Notes: generated by a model not told the origin, from the sequence alone. 64,000 bases of DNA from Limnochordia bacterium (GCA_050951545.1 JBMNJG010000010.1:19696-83695), one strand, 5' to 3'; shown: positions 1-10,484, counted from the stretch's first letter. Program-made: numbers and translations.

Positions 1-2
1 CA

Positions 3-1073
3 CCACCCGAGCCGGGCATGGTCCGCCTATGGACCTACCAGGCTATTGCCCATGGCGCAGATGGGATAGTATTCTTCCGTTGGCGTTCCGCTAAATCAGG
101 TGCTGAGCAGTGCCTTGGCGGTGTACTGAGCGTCGATGGCCAGCCAACTCGCGCCTACGACGAGGTGAAACAGATCGGTGAAGAGCTGTCGGCACTGGCC
201 CCACAGCTGCGTGGTACCACCGTGCCGACGCAGGTAGCCATTACGGTATCATATCCGGTACAATGGGCGATCGCCGTGCAACCTTCGCTGTTTGGACCAG
301 GATTCAACTTCCACCAGCATATGTCCAAGTACTACAGGGGCTTCTTCGATGCCACAATCCCTGTTAGTATCATGAATCCTGAGGGTAACCTGAGCGCGTA
401 CAGACTGGTTGTGGTTCCGACACTGTTTCTCACCAACGAGGCTATCTTGCGCAATCTCTACCAATACGTAGAGCAAGGCGGCATGTTAGTCGTCACGGCT
501 CGCTCTGGCGTCAAGGACTGGGGCAACAAAGCTGTTACCACAAGCCTCCCAGGGGGCCTAGCCAACCTCTTGAAGATACGCGTCGACGAATGCGACTCAC
601 TTCTCAACCATGGTAACGAAATAAAGACCACGATCCCGGGCCTGGCTGCAGAGACGTATACCTGCCAGACATGGTGTGAGCTGATCAAGCCTGAAGGGGC
701 GACTGTGCATGCACAGTACACACAAGGCCATTTCGCTGGCGCCGCAGCGATCACTGAGGCCAGCTACGGCAAGGGGCGTGCCCTCTACGTAGGGGCTGAG
801 ATAGCTGAGGAGCACTTCTACTCTGGCCTTACACGCTGGCTAGCCGCCGAGGCGGGGGTACAGTCGCTTCTCGCACACGCTGTGGACGATGTGGAGGTCA
901 TGCAAAGAGCCGGATCTGACACGCAACTGCTCTTTCTACTGAATCACAATCTGCGAGAGACGAGAAGCGTCAACATCAGTACGCCCCACAGAAGCCTGCT
1001 TAGCAACCGCGTCTACGCCAGTGAGCTAACGCTAGCTCCCGGAGACGTTGAAGTGCTGTCACCTTGTGAATAA
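3..1073 (+). CDS. GH42 beta-galactosidase, C-terminal part (5' truncated by window edge)
   Basis: Frame open from base 3 (PPEPGMVRLWTYQAIAHGADGIVFFRWR...GAEQ) is the GH42 catalytic-domain end, followed by a trimerisation domain (YRLVVVPTLF, GGMLVVTARSGVKD) and C-terminal LFLLNH. Confidence 0.85.
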   Translation, partial: PPEPGMVRLWTYQAIAHGADGIVFFRWRSAKSGAEQCLGGVLSVDGQPTRAYDEVKQIGEELSALAPQLRGTTVPTQVAITVSYPVQWAIAVQPSLFGPGFNFHQHMSKYYRGFFDATIPVSIMNPEGNLSAYRLVVVPTLFLTNEAILRNLYQYVEQGGMLVVTARSGVKDWGNKAVTTSLPGGLANLLKIRVDECDSLLNHGNEIKTTIPGLAAETYTCQTWCELIKPEGATVHAQYTQGHFAGAAAITEASYGKGRALYVGAEIAEEHFYSGLTRWLAAEAGVQSLLAHAVDDVEVMQRAGSDTQLLFLLNHNLRETRSVNISTPHRSLLSNRVYASELTLAPGDVEVLSPCE

Positions 1074-1104
1074 GCCGTGCTGATGAGCGGACTAGCAGAA
1101 TTGC

Positions 1105-1138
1105 GCCGCCTGGGCGGGGTTCCACCCAGGCGGCCTTT
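1105..1138 (+). terminator. GC-rich hairpin between convergent genes
   Basis: GCCGCCTGGG...CCCAGGCGGC 10-bp stem followed by CTTT. Confidence 0.6.
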
Positions 1139-1284
1139 CACCGCGATGCGAATGGACACGATGCTTGCGGGATAACACGAGAAACCAGCCATGGGGTGAG
1201 TCTCTGTATGCGCGATCGCAGCCTCAATGCTGGGCATGGCGCTGCGGGCTTGACATGCGACTTGAGCACGTGAGTTATCTTTGG

Positions 1285-4200
1285 CTAGTACGTGCGAATC
1301 CCGAGGCTGACTTCTTCCATACGAAACGCGTGGGCAGCCGCCAGCGATCCTATGTCGAGCCTGAATGCGGTAGCGTCCATCCCTTGCGGCCCTTGCCCTG
1401 TTAGGACGAACTTTGTCCATCCATCCTCTGTGGTGCCCATAGCCTCGACATCAAAGGGCAGACTGACCCACTCCGAGACGCCAACCGCCGCCATCATCTT
1501 CACGATGGCATCGATCTGGGTTTCTTTGGAATAGACAACGACCTCAAAGCTACGCAGCCCTGGAGCCTGCCACATCAGGTACTCTTCACGATCAGATGTC
1601 TTCACCTTACCTGTAACGCCCTGAAAAGCGGGAGCTTCCAGATCAGCAGCATAGGCCCATCCGTCGGACTCCGCCTCAGTCATGCTGTTGTCGTAGGTAA
1701 TCGTCGTGCCAAAAAGCGTGATCTGCTCAGGCGGCTTCAGCTCGTCTCTCATCACTTCCCAGTTGCGCACTGTAAACGCCACGTCCCGCCGGGTTGTCGC
1801 ACCCTCATCGTCGACGACCTCAACTGAGATACTGTGTTTCCCGTCTGGCAGAGACAGCGTGTCCACATGCAAGTCTAGGACTTCCTCAAGGTCGCGCGTC
1901 ACCAACACGGGCTGCCCGTCTATGGCCACTTCAAGTCGTTCAATCGCCCAAGAGGGTTCATCGCTCACAGCAGGGTACTGCGCAACGACGAGATCCACCA
2001 CCATGTCCCCGGAGATCCCCCTCCCTGCAGCCGGCGAGACAATGTCGATGTGACCTCTTTGCATCTGAGCCAGCTTCTGCTGCCACTCCACCGTATTTCC
2101 AGCCTCTGCTGGCAAAATGGCCGCCTCATCGAGCCAATACGTATCGCCTTGTTTCGATGCTGATAAAGCCTCTATGCCGAGTCTCTGCAACACTTGCACG
2201 TCAGGAAACTGTTCTCGCATCAGGCGCGCATCCATGAGCAAGGTGTGCCACTCGCCATCATCAATCAGTTCGTATGGCATCGACTGACCTGAGCGAGTGC
2301 TGCGTTGGCTAGCAGTTGCCGCCACCCACATTCGTTGCCCCGCTCCGCTCATGCTCCGAAAAGCATCCAGGTATATGCCAATGGGCGTGCCGGGCAAAAC
2401 TCGATAGCGCAGGTAAATCCATGGGTAGCGATCAATATCCCATTCGGCCGGAGCCAACTTCACTGGCAAGGTCCCGCCGCCAGGGTTGGAGATCCGAAGC
2501 GCGCCGTTTCGCGACACCGGATCCAGCTCGCGCTCCCAATCAGTCGGTGTGGGCCTATACGACTTCCAGTTCCACCACCAGTCCGCGTCGTCGGCATCGA
2601 AAGTGGAATGCAGCAGAGGATCATCAATCGCCCGCGGTGCCTCCACGACGACATAGCCTGTACCACGATGGATATCACCAGATGCGGTCGTTACTCTCAC
2701 ACGTATCGGATAGTCATATGACTCTGCGTAGCGATGCCTCAGCTCCGCACCAACAGCCATGGTGCCGTCTCCGAGCTGCCAGCGAATCTCCACAGGGTCA
2801 TCAATGCCGAGAAGCACCACATGCAGGCGCACTTCCTCACCTGGCTCGGCGATGAAGGGATCAGTCATGATCTGCACCGACGGCCGCCCATGTGGGCCGT
2901 ACTCGTACACACCGATATCCGGGCCGTCCCCGCCCCACGGCAAGCTGACAGGCGCACCGTCGTCCCAGCGCACACTCCGATCTAGCGTCAGTTCGTTCCT
3001 CGTACGATCAACCTTGACGACGCGTGCCGTCTTCTCGGCTCGGCCGATGGCGATCAGATCGCCAACTTCGCCTTCGATGCCGAATCCGTCATAGAAGAAA
3101 CCTGCGTCTTCTACTGGGAGGACGCGTCCTTCGCCAGTGCCAACAGCCGACGTCAGAAAGCGCCCGCTGTCAAGAAGCGGACTGTCTGTAGCGAGCGCAT
3201 GGTTGTACTGCGTTTCGTCGACGAACCGTGGGTCGACAGCAAGATTGCCAGCGAAGTGCACCGCCCTGTTGGACATGGAAAGCTGACCCCAACTGTCACT
3301 TTCGACGGTGTCAACGGCCAGCGAATGGCTACCGAAACCGATCGTGGCCTCAATACTGGGGTCTTGGGCTATGACCACGTTGTTAAGAAAGCGAATACGT
3401 GGCTCCAACTCTCCCTGCGGATTGGCCTCCGGACTCCCTGTGCCAGTGAACTGAACCTGACAGTGATTCCCATGCACGTCGTTCCGAGAGAAGACATTGT
3501 TGACATACTTCACGTCCCCAACATTCGCCGCGGAGACGCTGCCCGACAAACCGTACTCCAAGTTGCCATCGAACACGTTGTGGTAGAGACGAATCCCCCG
3601 AAATTGCCACTCGGTTCCAGGACTGGCGCTAATGGGCCCGCCCCAGTTACGGAATACCCGGTTGAAGCGGAAAATGCCACGCCGTGACAGAATCTTGGCG
3701 TTAGACGAGGCCGAACGACCGCCGTCATAGGAATTCGTTACGATGTTTCCTTCAAAAAGCAGGTCTTGTGTGGCGAAGAACTCGAAGGCTCGCCCCCACG
3801 CAGGATGGAACACGTTGTCTCGCACGACCACATATTGATTGGAGCCCACCGGATAAAACTGCAGTGGACTGTGGCCGGTGCGGGATATGGCATTCCCCTC
3901 AAATAGAACCCACTTCGAGTGGCTGACCCGGGCCATGTTGTGGCCCACATAGCGCCTGATCACACTGTCGCGCACTTGAACCTGCTCGCTGTTGTTGATC
4001 AAGAAAGGCATGGAGCCGCTGGCATCTTCCATCAACGCATCCGTGATGCGAATGTGTTTGGAGCCGTCAACGAGCAGCCAGCGTCCCTGTGTCGACATGG
4101 GCTTGATATGCAGGCCTTCGATGTGGATATGCTCGACGTGCGATAGCTGCAGTGCGTATGCAGAACCATACTCCCCGACAAGCTGAGCCGTTCGGCGCTC

Positions 4201-5049
4201 GAGCGCCCTAAAGGTGATCGGCGCCGCGGCTGTTCCGCTACGCGTCGGGCGAAGCGTCCCGTGATAGACACCTGGAAGCAAGAGTACCGTGTCGCCAGGA
4301 ATGGCCTGTGCCGCCGCGTGAGTGAGCGTGGCCCACGGTGCCTCCAAGGAACCCGCCTGTTGGTCGTTACCGTCGGGCGACACGTAGAAGGTGCTTGGGT
4401 CACGGTCTGGCCTTTCCACTGCGTCCTCGGAGTCGACTCTCACCAGTTCAACGTCGTCAAACCAGATCTTGCCCTCCTGCGCCAACCACGCGTATAACCC
4501 CACATGCACACCGTAGTCGCCTGCCTCTGGCCAGGTGAACATCAGTGACGCCTGACGCCACTCCTGGCTTGGCGGCAGATCTAGGTAGAGGTTATCAGCC
4601 TTTCCCGCCAACGTTCTGCGCTCCACGGCTAGCTTCCCCAAGAGGTCGCCCTCCGTACGGTAGTACGCGAAAAACCGGTACTGCGCCCCGCGTACTGCCC
4701 TACCATCGGCGTCCCCAACAAGCCTCTGGTGATACCAAGCCACTCTCGCTGCTTTGGCACCGGATCCCTCCAGAGCAGCGGCCACGTCGATCAAGGCCGC
4801 GAACCGCCCGCTGCGGGCCGCGGTCGATACCTGTAACCCCTTGGGCGATCCCAAAGGCGCATACCGTCCCCAGCCTACCGGATCGCCCTCGGCAACATCC
4901 TCGAACCCCGGATACATCAGCAGATTACCGTTTTCGGCACCGCATACTGCGTGATCTAGCGTGAGCACCAGTATGCAGGTAACGATGACCAAGGCCAGAT
5001 CATGAAACCGATAAGTCACACCATTCCTCCTCACGCATGCGAAGCTCAC
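1285..5049 (-). CDS. Secreted multidomain carbohydrate-active protein: CBM4/9-like domain, right-handed beta-helix, PKD-like and Ig-like domains
   Basis: Signal-like N-terminus; NLL.YPGFE...WFDDVEL CBM-like module; FYVSPDGND..AGS...PWATL..A...PGDTVLLLPGVY beta-helix start; WQLGDGT...HRY PKD motif; LPDGKHSISVEVVD Ig-like. Confidence 0.7.
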   Translation of the reverse strand: MSFACVRRNGVTYRFHDLALVIVTCILVLTLDHAVCGAENGNLLMYPGFEDVAEGDPVGWGRYAPLGSPKGLQVSTAARSGRFAALIDVAAALEGSGAKAARVAWYHQRLVGDADGRAVRGAQYRFFAYYRTEGDLLGKLAVERRTLAGKADNLYLDLPPSQEWRQASLMFTWPEAGDYGVHVGLYAWLAQEGKIWFDDVELVRVDSEDAVERPDRDPSTFYVSPDGNDQQAGSLEAPWATLTHAAAQAIPGDTVLLLPGVYHGTLRPTRSGTAAAPITFRALERRTAQLVGEYGSAYALQLSHVEHIHIEGLHIKPMSTQGRWLLVDGSKHIRITDALMEDASGSMPFLINNSEQVQVRDSVIRRYVGHNMARVSHSKWVLFEGNAISRTGHSPLQFYPVGSNQYVVVRDNVFHPAWGRAFEFFATQDLLFEGNIVTNSYDGGRSASSNAKILSRRGIFRFNRVFRNWGGPISASPGTEWQFRGIRLYHNVFDGNLEYGLSGSVSAANVGDVKYVNNVFSRNDVHGNHCQVQFTGTGSPEANPQGELEPRIRFLNNVVIAQDPSIEATIGFGSHSLAVDTVESDSWGQLSMSNRAVHFAGNLAVDPRFVDETQYNHALATDSPLLDSGRFLTSAVGTGEGRVLPVEDAGFFYDGFGIEGEVGDLIAIGRAEKTARVVKVDRTRNELTLDRSVRWDDGAPVSLPWGGDGPDIGVYEYGPHGRPSVQIMTDPFIAEPGEEVRLHVVLLGIDDPVEIRWQLGDGTMAVGAELRHRYAESYDYPIRVRVTTASGDIHRGTGYVVVEAPRAIDDPLLHSTFDADDADWWWNWKSYRPTPTDWERELDPVSRNGALRISNPGGGTLPVKLAPAEWDIDRYPWIYLRYRVLPGTPIGIYLDAFRSMSGAGQRMWVAATASQRSTRSGQSMPYELIDDGEWHTLLMDARLMREQFPDVQVLQRLGIEALSASKQGDTYWLDEAAILPAEAGNTVEWQQKLAQMQRGHIDIVSPAAGRGISGDMVVDLVVAQYPAVSDEPSWAIERLEVAIDGQPVLVTRDLEEVLDLHVDTLSLPDGKHSISVEVVDDEGATTRRDVAFTVRNWEVMRDELKPPEQITLFGTTITYDNSMTEAESDGWAYAADLEAPAFQGVTGKVKTSDREEYLMWQAPGLRSFEVVVYSKETQIDAIVKMMAAVGVSEWVSLPFDVEAMGTTEDGWTKFVLTGQGPQGMDATAFRLDIGSLAAAHAFRMEEVSLGIRTY

Positions 5050-5164
5050 CTATTTGCCCGAAAGGATGGCGTTGACCATCGCCATCCATAGGTGGCCGAT
5101 TCCAGCACGGGTGCCAGGAACTCCCGTCTCTCTGCTTGATTGATACATCCCATCTTGTGCACAC

Positions 5165-5191
5165 ATTCGGCGCCTGTATTTGATATCCTTT
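5165..5191 (-). promoter_or_regulatory. sigmaH-like promoter
   Basis: Minus strand AAAGGATAT-N11-GCCGAAT upstream of 1285..5049; matches the SigH consensus RNAGGAWWW-N11/12-RNNGAAT. Confidence 0.55.
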
Positions 5192-5307
5192 ACGTTTTAC
5201 GCCTTCTTACCTTCGTAAGCCAAAGCATTGGGTACTGCAGTAAATCGTGCTCTCGGCATCTGTTGGTGAAGTGCGTTCGCGTCACTAGCAAGCCTGGTGG
5301 GATCCGC

Positions 5308-5334
5308 AGAGGGTTTCGAATAGAGAAGTCGAAT
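5308..5334 (+). promoter_or_regulatory. sigmaH-like promoter
   Basis: AGAGGGTTT-N11-GTCGAAT about 45 bp upstream of 5378. Confidence 0.45.
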
Positions 5335-5377
5335 CACGTGTCGGAAGCAAGCCTGTAGAAACAGTATGTAGGAAGGG

Positions 5378-6052
5378 TTGATCAGCTTGAACCAACGACT
5401 GTTGGTAATCGCTATGATGCTTGCTGCCTGCGGGCTTGTGATTTCTTTCGAAGTGAAAGTGCAAGCTGCAGCCAACGGAAATCTCCTCGCCTATCCGGGC
5501 TTTGAGGAGATCGCCAACGGTGCCCCAGCGGGTTGGGGACGGTACGCCCCTGTCGGTTCTCCAAAAGGGCTGCAAGTATCCACTGAGGCCCGAACCGGAA
5601 AATACGCCGCACTGATTGATGTCGCCGCCTCTCTGGCAGACTCAGACGTCAAGGCCGCTAGAGTGGCCTGGTACCACCAGCGAATACCCGGCGATGCGGA
5701 TGGCCAGGCCGAACGCGGAGCACAGTATCGCTTCTCGGCGTACTACCGGACAGAGGGCAACCTCAAAGGTACGCTGGCAGTAGAACGTAGAACGCTTGCT
5801 GGCAAACTTGACAACGCCTATCTTGATCTGTCTCCAACCAAGGAGTGGCGACAAGCAACACTCGTCTTCACGTGGCCCGAAGCGGGCGATTATGGAGTCC
5901 ACGTAGGATTGTATGCGTGGTTGGCTACAGAGGGCAAAATCTGGTTTGATGATGTCGAGCTTGTAAAGCTCGACAGAGATAGCGTGCCAGATTCCATCGC
6001 CAGATCTGGGGGTAGCTCCACTGGATTTCGATCTAAGCAAGGCCACCTTTGA
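5378..6052 (+). CDS. Signal peptide plus CBM-like domain; probably the N-terminus of the downstream lyase split by a frameshift
   Basis: About 165-aa domain, about 80% identical by eye to the N-terminal domain of 1285..5049. The frame of 6054..8321 is open back to about 5968. Confidence 0.65.
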   Translation: MISLNQRLLVIAMMLAACGLVISFEVKVQAAANGNLLAYPGFEEIANGAPAGWGRYAPVGSPKGLQVSTEARTGKYAALIDVAASLADSDVKAARVAWYHQRIPGDADGQAERGAQYRFSAYYRTEGNLKGTLAVERRTLAGKLDNAYLDLSPTKEWRQATLVFTWPEAGDYGVHVGLYAWLATEGKIWFDDVELVKLDRDSVPDSIARSGGSSTGFRSKQGHL

Positions 6053-6053
6053 C

Positions 6054-8321
6054 GTGCCGTCTCTATCTGAGCTGCGTGGGCGCATTCCATCTGCACACCC
6101 TCGCCTTTTCGTACGACCCGAGAGCTTGAACGACCTGCGTGAGAAACGCAAGCGATCTGCAATGGCCCAGTTGACCTGGCAAAACATCCGTGGTCAAGCG
6201 ATGGGCGCTCTTCATTCAGTGATGCCCGCTGAACCACCCAACGCCAGGCCTGGTGGCGTAGGGGACATCACCGCCTGGCGAGAAGGCATCGCCATCGCGG
6301 ATGATGTCCTAAAAAGACTTCATTCCCTCGGTTTCACCTATCTGATGACAGAAGAAGAAACCTATGGACAAGCAGGAAAAAAGCTTCTGTTGCATGTGGC
6401 GGCTTGGGATCCCTACGGGACAAGCGGTCGAGCCCTCAATGATGAGATCTCCATGCGCCTGCTCTACGGCATGAGTCGAGCCTATGACTGGTTGTACCCG
6501 GTGCTGACAGAGGAAGAGCGCAACGTCGTCCGGCAGAGCATGCGTGAACGTGGCAATGACGTCTACCTGACGATGCGGCGCTCCAATTTCGAGGATCATC
6601 TACTCAATAACCATCTTGTCCGGTCCATGGGCTTTCTTGGTGAAGCCGCTATCGCCTTTTTGGGTGAGTTCCCCGAGGCGGAGATTTGGTTTGACTACAT
6701 CGTTTCACTTTTTGTATTGAGATACCCGGCCTTTGGCGGCGATGAGGGTGGTTGGTCGCAGGGGGTCAGCTACTGGCAGCACTACATTTCCTGGGTCCTG
6801 GAGTTCCTGGATGCCTTTAAGATCGCTACCGAAGTTGACCTTTACCAGAAACCATTCTTCCGTAACACTGGTTACTTCAAGCTGTATGCGCATCCACCGA
6901 AGAGCAAGTTCGGCGCCTTCGGAGATCACTGCGACAGCCCACCAGGCCAGGTAGCGGCACAGGTCGTCAGCTGGCTGGCCACAGCTTTCAGTGACCCTGC
7001 ACTTCAGTGGTATGCATCGGAGATCTCAGGGATGGGGCGGATACCACTCCTGCCAACGAACAGTTTCATTGGCTATATCAAAGCGTTTGAGACCCCTGAT
7101 GCGCTGATTGCGCCAGCATTGCCGGACGACCTCCCGCAGTCCCGGCTTTTTAGTGATATCGGCTGGGCGCTGATGAACGTGGAAATGCGTGACTGGAACA
7201 ACAACGTCCATGTCAAGTTCAAGAGTAGCCCCTACGGCTCACATAGCCACAACCACGCAGACCAAAACAGTTTCATTATCGAAGCCTACGGCTCGCCCCT
7301 GGCCATCTCGTCGGGCTACTATCCCTGGTATGGGAGTCCACACCACAAAACGTGGACCTGGGAAAGCAGGTCTAAGAATACGATCCTGGTCGACGGCCAG
7401 GGTCAGGGCGTCCAGAGTATCGAGGCCAAGGGCGACATCGTGGCTGCAAGCTTCGGATCGCAGTTCGATTACGTGCTCGGCGATGCCACACCCAGCTATC
7501 AGGGACGCCTGCAGCGTTTCTTGCGCCACCTGTGGTTTGTGAAGCCAAACCTGATTGTCATCTACGACCAGCTAGAGTCGGGTGGAACGGATACCACCTA
7601 CGACTGGCTCCTCCATACCCTTGACGAAATGGTGGTGGAATCGGAGCACAATCGCGTATGCGTGCCAGCCAAGACAGCTGAGATGTGGGTATCGTTTGTG
7701 ACGCCTGAGCAGCTCTCCTTTGATCTGACAGACCAGTTCACGGTGCCTCCGGAAGAGCGAGATGCGCACAAACCAAACCAGTGGCATCTCACTGCCCGAG
7801 CGAACTCTCAGACGGGTGAGGGCAGGTTTCTGACTGTGCTGGTGCCCCGCCCGATTGCTGAGGCAAAAGAGGCGCCACCTGTTGTGCGTGCCCTGCCAGC
7901 AACCAACGGACATGGCGTCGCTGTAGATCTCAAGAACCGTTCTTTCACGATGGCTTTCCGCGACGATGCGACAGCGCCACTGGCGTTAGAGGGATTTGTG
8001 GCCGAAGCGACGGCGCTGGCCACCTGGAAGGAAGGTGCACAGGAGGGCTTGATGGTCATCGCGGGGCAGCGAGTTGAGCAAGACGGAAAGCTCCGGCTGT
8101 CTGCGGACCAGCCTGTAGACCTTGGAGCAACTTGGCAGTGTGTCGGTGAGACCGCAAGTCTCATGCTGCAAATCGCGGCGGAAACCAGTGCCACGATAGA
8201 ACTCGCCTTAGCCTGCCAGCCGGAGACCGTGATGGTCAACGATCGTCCAATTGACACGTGGACGTATGAGGCAGGGATCGTGCGAGTCGAGATCCAAGAG
8301 TCAGCTAACTCGCAGCTCTAG
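6054..8321 (+). CDS. DUF4962/heparinase II/III-like polysaccharide lyase (oligo-alginate lyase-like)
   Basis: HPRLFVRP, NNH, GGDEGGWSQGVSYW, FGD, SSPYGSHSHNHADQNSF, YYPWYGSPHH, SKNTILVDGQGQ motifs. Confidence 0.8.
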   Translation: MPSLSELRGRIPSAHPRLFVRPESLNDLREKRKRSAMAQLTWQNIRGQAMGALHSVMPAEPPNARPGGVGDITAWREGIAIADDVLKRLHSLGFTYLMTEEETYGQAGKKLLLHVAAWDPYGTSGRALNDEISMRLLYGMSRAYDWLYPVLTEEERNVVRQSMRERGNDVYLTMRRSNFEDHLLNNHLVRSMGFLGEAAIAFLGEFPEAEIWFDYIVSLFVLRYPAFGGDEGGWSQGVSYWQHYISWVLEFLDAFKIATEVDLYQKPFFRNTGYFKLYAHPPKSKFGAFGDHCDSPPGQVAAQVVSWLATAFSDPALQWYASEISGMGRIPLLPTNSFIGYIKAFETPDALIAPALPDDLPQSRLFSDIGWALMNVEMRDWNNNVHVKFKSSPYGSHSHNHADQNSFIIEAYGSPLAISSGYYPWYGSPHHKTWTWESRSKNTILVDGQGQGVQSIEAKGDIVAASFGSQFDYVLGDATPSYQGRLQRFLRHLWFVKPNLIVIYDQLESGGTDTTYDWLLHTLDEMVVESEHNRVCVPAKTAEMWVSFVTPEQLSFDLTDQFTVPPEERDAHKPNQWHLTARANSQTGEGRFLTVLVPRPIAEAKEAPPVVRALPATNGHGVAVDLKNRSFTMAFRDDATAPLALEGFVAEATALATWKEGAQEGLMVIAGQRVEQDGKLRLSADQPVDLGATWQCVGETASLMLQIAAETSATIELALACQPETVMVNDRPIDTWTYEAGIVRVEIQESANSQL

Positions 8322-8899
8322 TCTGCCTCTTCGAGTCGAGTGCGTACCTTTTTCGCTATCGGCAGCAGATGCTTGCGGACAACGTCGTTGCGCACGCCCA
8401 GCTCCCGACCGACATCTGCTTGTGAGAGCCCTTGGATGTAGAGCATGGCCACCTCACGTTCCGGGTGCCTCCAATCGAAGTCGTTCGTTGCCAGGGCAAA
8501 CTCCAGAACTCGGTGCAGTCGGTGAACCCTTCCCTCCCATACGTCGATCGCTGTGATCTGGAGACTGGGAGTAAAGAGCCGCTACCCACTCACCGTGTGT
8601 ATGACGTGAGGGCACAGCCCAGCTAAGTCTGGTTGAGCCAGCCGTTGCCCGCAAGCTACAGCCTATGGCGTACTCCCGCAAGCCACGGCGGGCTGAGGAG
8701 AGCGCGTCAAGCAAGCGCTCAGCTTGTCACAAACACCCAAACCCCTTAGGGCCAGATGTGCTGTGTTGCCACGTTTCGCCATGACATGCCGATTCGCCTG
8801 GCCTTGAACCCCACTGGAGGATTCACCCCTATGCCGGGATCCCCTTGAACCCCCGACGGCGACATCAGAGAGGCCACCACCGGGACTACACACGGAACC

Positions 8900-10334
8900 G
8901 CGGTGATCCGCCTACGTTCGCTTGGATTGGTGGTAAGAACCTAGCGATGCGGTCTTCGCGAAGCCCTTTTTGCTCATTTTGACCGCCCGAAGGGCTCTTT
9001 TCCCCGCCTAAGGGCACACTTTCCCGCCTTGATTCCGCTTCTGGAGCCTCCGGGCGGTACATAACCGAACAGTGTCGCTCGCCTTTTTCCACTCAGCCGA
9101 TTTGGGGTCAGCTCCCCAGTGCGCGATCACGGCGGGCTCACTCGGGTCCCTCTGCGGACCGACCCTTCGGTGTTGCCCCGGTCGGTGCATTTCGAAAAAG
9201 GTGGACAGATGCAATGGACGCGCTCGCGAAACAGGCCCTGCAGTCAGACAACAGCCGGCTTGGTATGTGAGGCCAGGCCAAGAATCCGACCGCGATGGCA
9301 AAAGAGCCGCCTCATTAACCCCCGGGCCCAATGTACGTGGTAAAAGTGCAGCGATGCGGCCTTCGCGGAGCCCTTTTTGCTCATTTTGACCGCCCGAAGG
9401 GCTCATTTCCCCGCCAAAGAGCACGCTTTCCCGCCTTGATTCCGCTTCTGGGGCTACCGGGCAGCACATAACCGAACGGTGGTGACTGCCTTTTTCCCAC
9501 TCAGCCGATTTGGGGTCAGCTCCCCAGTGCGCGATCACGGCGGGCTCACTCAGGTCCCTCTGCGGACCGACCCTTCGGTGTTGCCCCGGTCGGTGCATTT
9601 CGAAAAAGGTGGACAGATGCAATGGACGCGCTCGCGAAACAGGCTCGGTGGTCGGACAACAGCCGGCTTGGTATGTGAGGCCAGGCTAAGGATGCGGCCG
9701 CGATGGCAAGAGAGCCGCCTCATTAGCCTCCGGGGCCAATGTACGTGGTAAAAGTGCAGCGATGCGGCCTTCGCGAAGCCCTTTTGGCTCATTTTGACCG
9801 CCCGAAGGGCCTATTTCCCCGCCTAAGGGCACGCTTTCCCGCCTTGATTTCGCTTCTGGAGCCTCCGGGCGGTACATAACCGAACAGTGTCGCTCGCCTT
9901 TTTCCACTCAGCCGATGGGGTCAGCTCCCCAGTGCGCGATCACAGCGGGCTCGCTCGGGTCCCTCTGCGGACCGACCCTTCGCTGCTTGCCCCGGTCGGT
10001 GCATTTCGAAAGAAGGTGGACGAGATGCAATGGACGCGCTCGCGAAACAGGCCCTGCAGTCAGACACCACCCGGATTGGTACGTGAGTCGGGGCCAAGAA
10101 TCCGACCGCCATGGCAAAAGAGCCGCCTCATTAACCCCCGGGCCCAATGTACGTGGTAAAAGTGCAGCGATGCGGCCTTCGCGAAGCCCTTTTTGCTCAT
10201 TTTGACCGCCCGAAGGGCTCATTTCCCCGCCCAAGAGCACGCTTTCCCGCCTCTGGTGGCCCTTCTGGAGCTACTGGGCAGTACATAACCCGACGCCAGT
10301 GGTGATAGCCTTTTTCCACTCAGCCGATGATCCG
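8900..10334. repeat. Tandem array 1 of ~408-bp units: 44-bp leader, 3 full units and a ~165-bp partial unit
   Basis: GCGATGCGG(T/C)CTTCGCG recurs at 8944, 9351, 9759 and 10167 (periods 407, 408, 408); units align throughout. Confidence 0.95.
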
Positions 10335-10409
10335 AGGGCGAAATGCTGTCGACTCCCAGTGGCCACCGGGTCTTAGTCGGCAATGCGCGCGTTTTCAGCG
10401 AAAGCTGTG

Positions 10410-10436
10410 GAAGGATTCTGGCCTCACGTACCGAAG
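10410..10436 (+). promoter_or_regulatory. sigmaH-like promoter for the HTH-nuclease gene
   Basis: GAAGGATTC-N11-ACCGAAG, same spacing as the other sites, about 50 bp before the TTG at 10485. Confidence 0.4.
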
Positions 10437-10484
10437 ATCGCATCGAGACAATCGAACACACGGTCGTTTTGTGAGGTGAGGCCC

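Noticed and set aside
8330-8890. Short ORFs and a CCTTGAACCCC pair upstream of array 1
   Set aside because: No coding signal, and not shared with array 2.
8886-10240. Minus-strand ORFs through the repeats (e.g. 9008..9622; also 40812..41621); 408 is divisible by 3
   Set aside because: Indels shift the frame between units, array 2 units contain stops, and there is no SD or domain-like composition. Treated as non-coding, though not excluded.
8900-10334. CRISPR array
   Set aside because: No short repeats alternating with unique spacers; whole units are homologous; no cas genes in the window.
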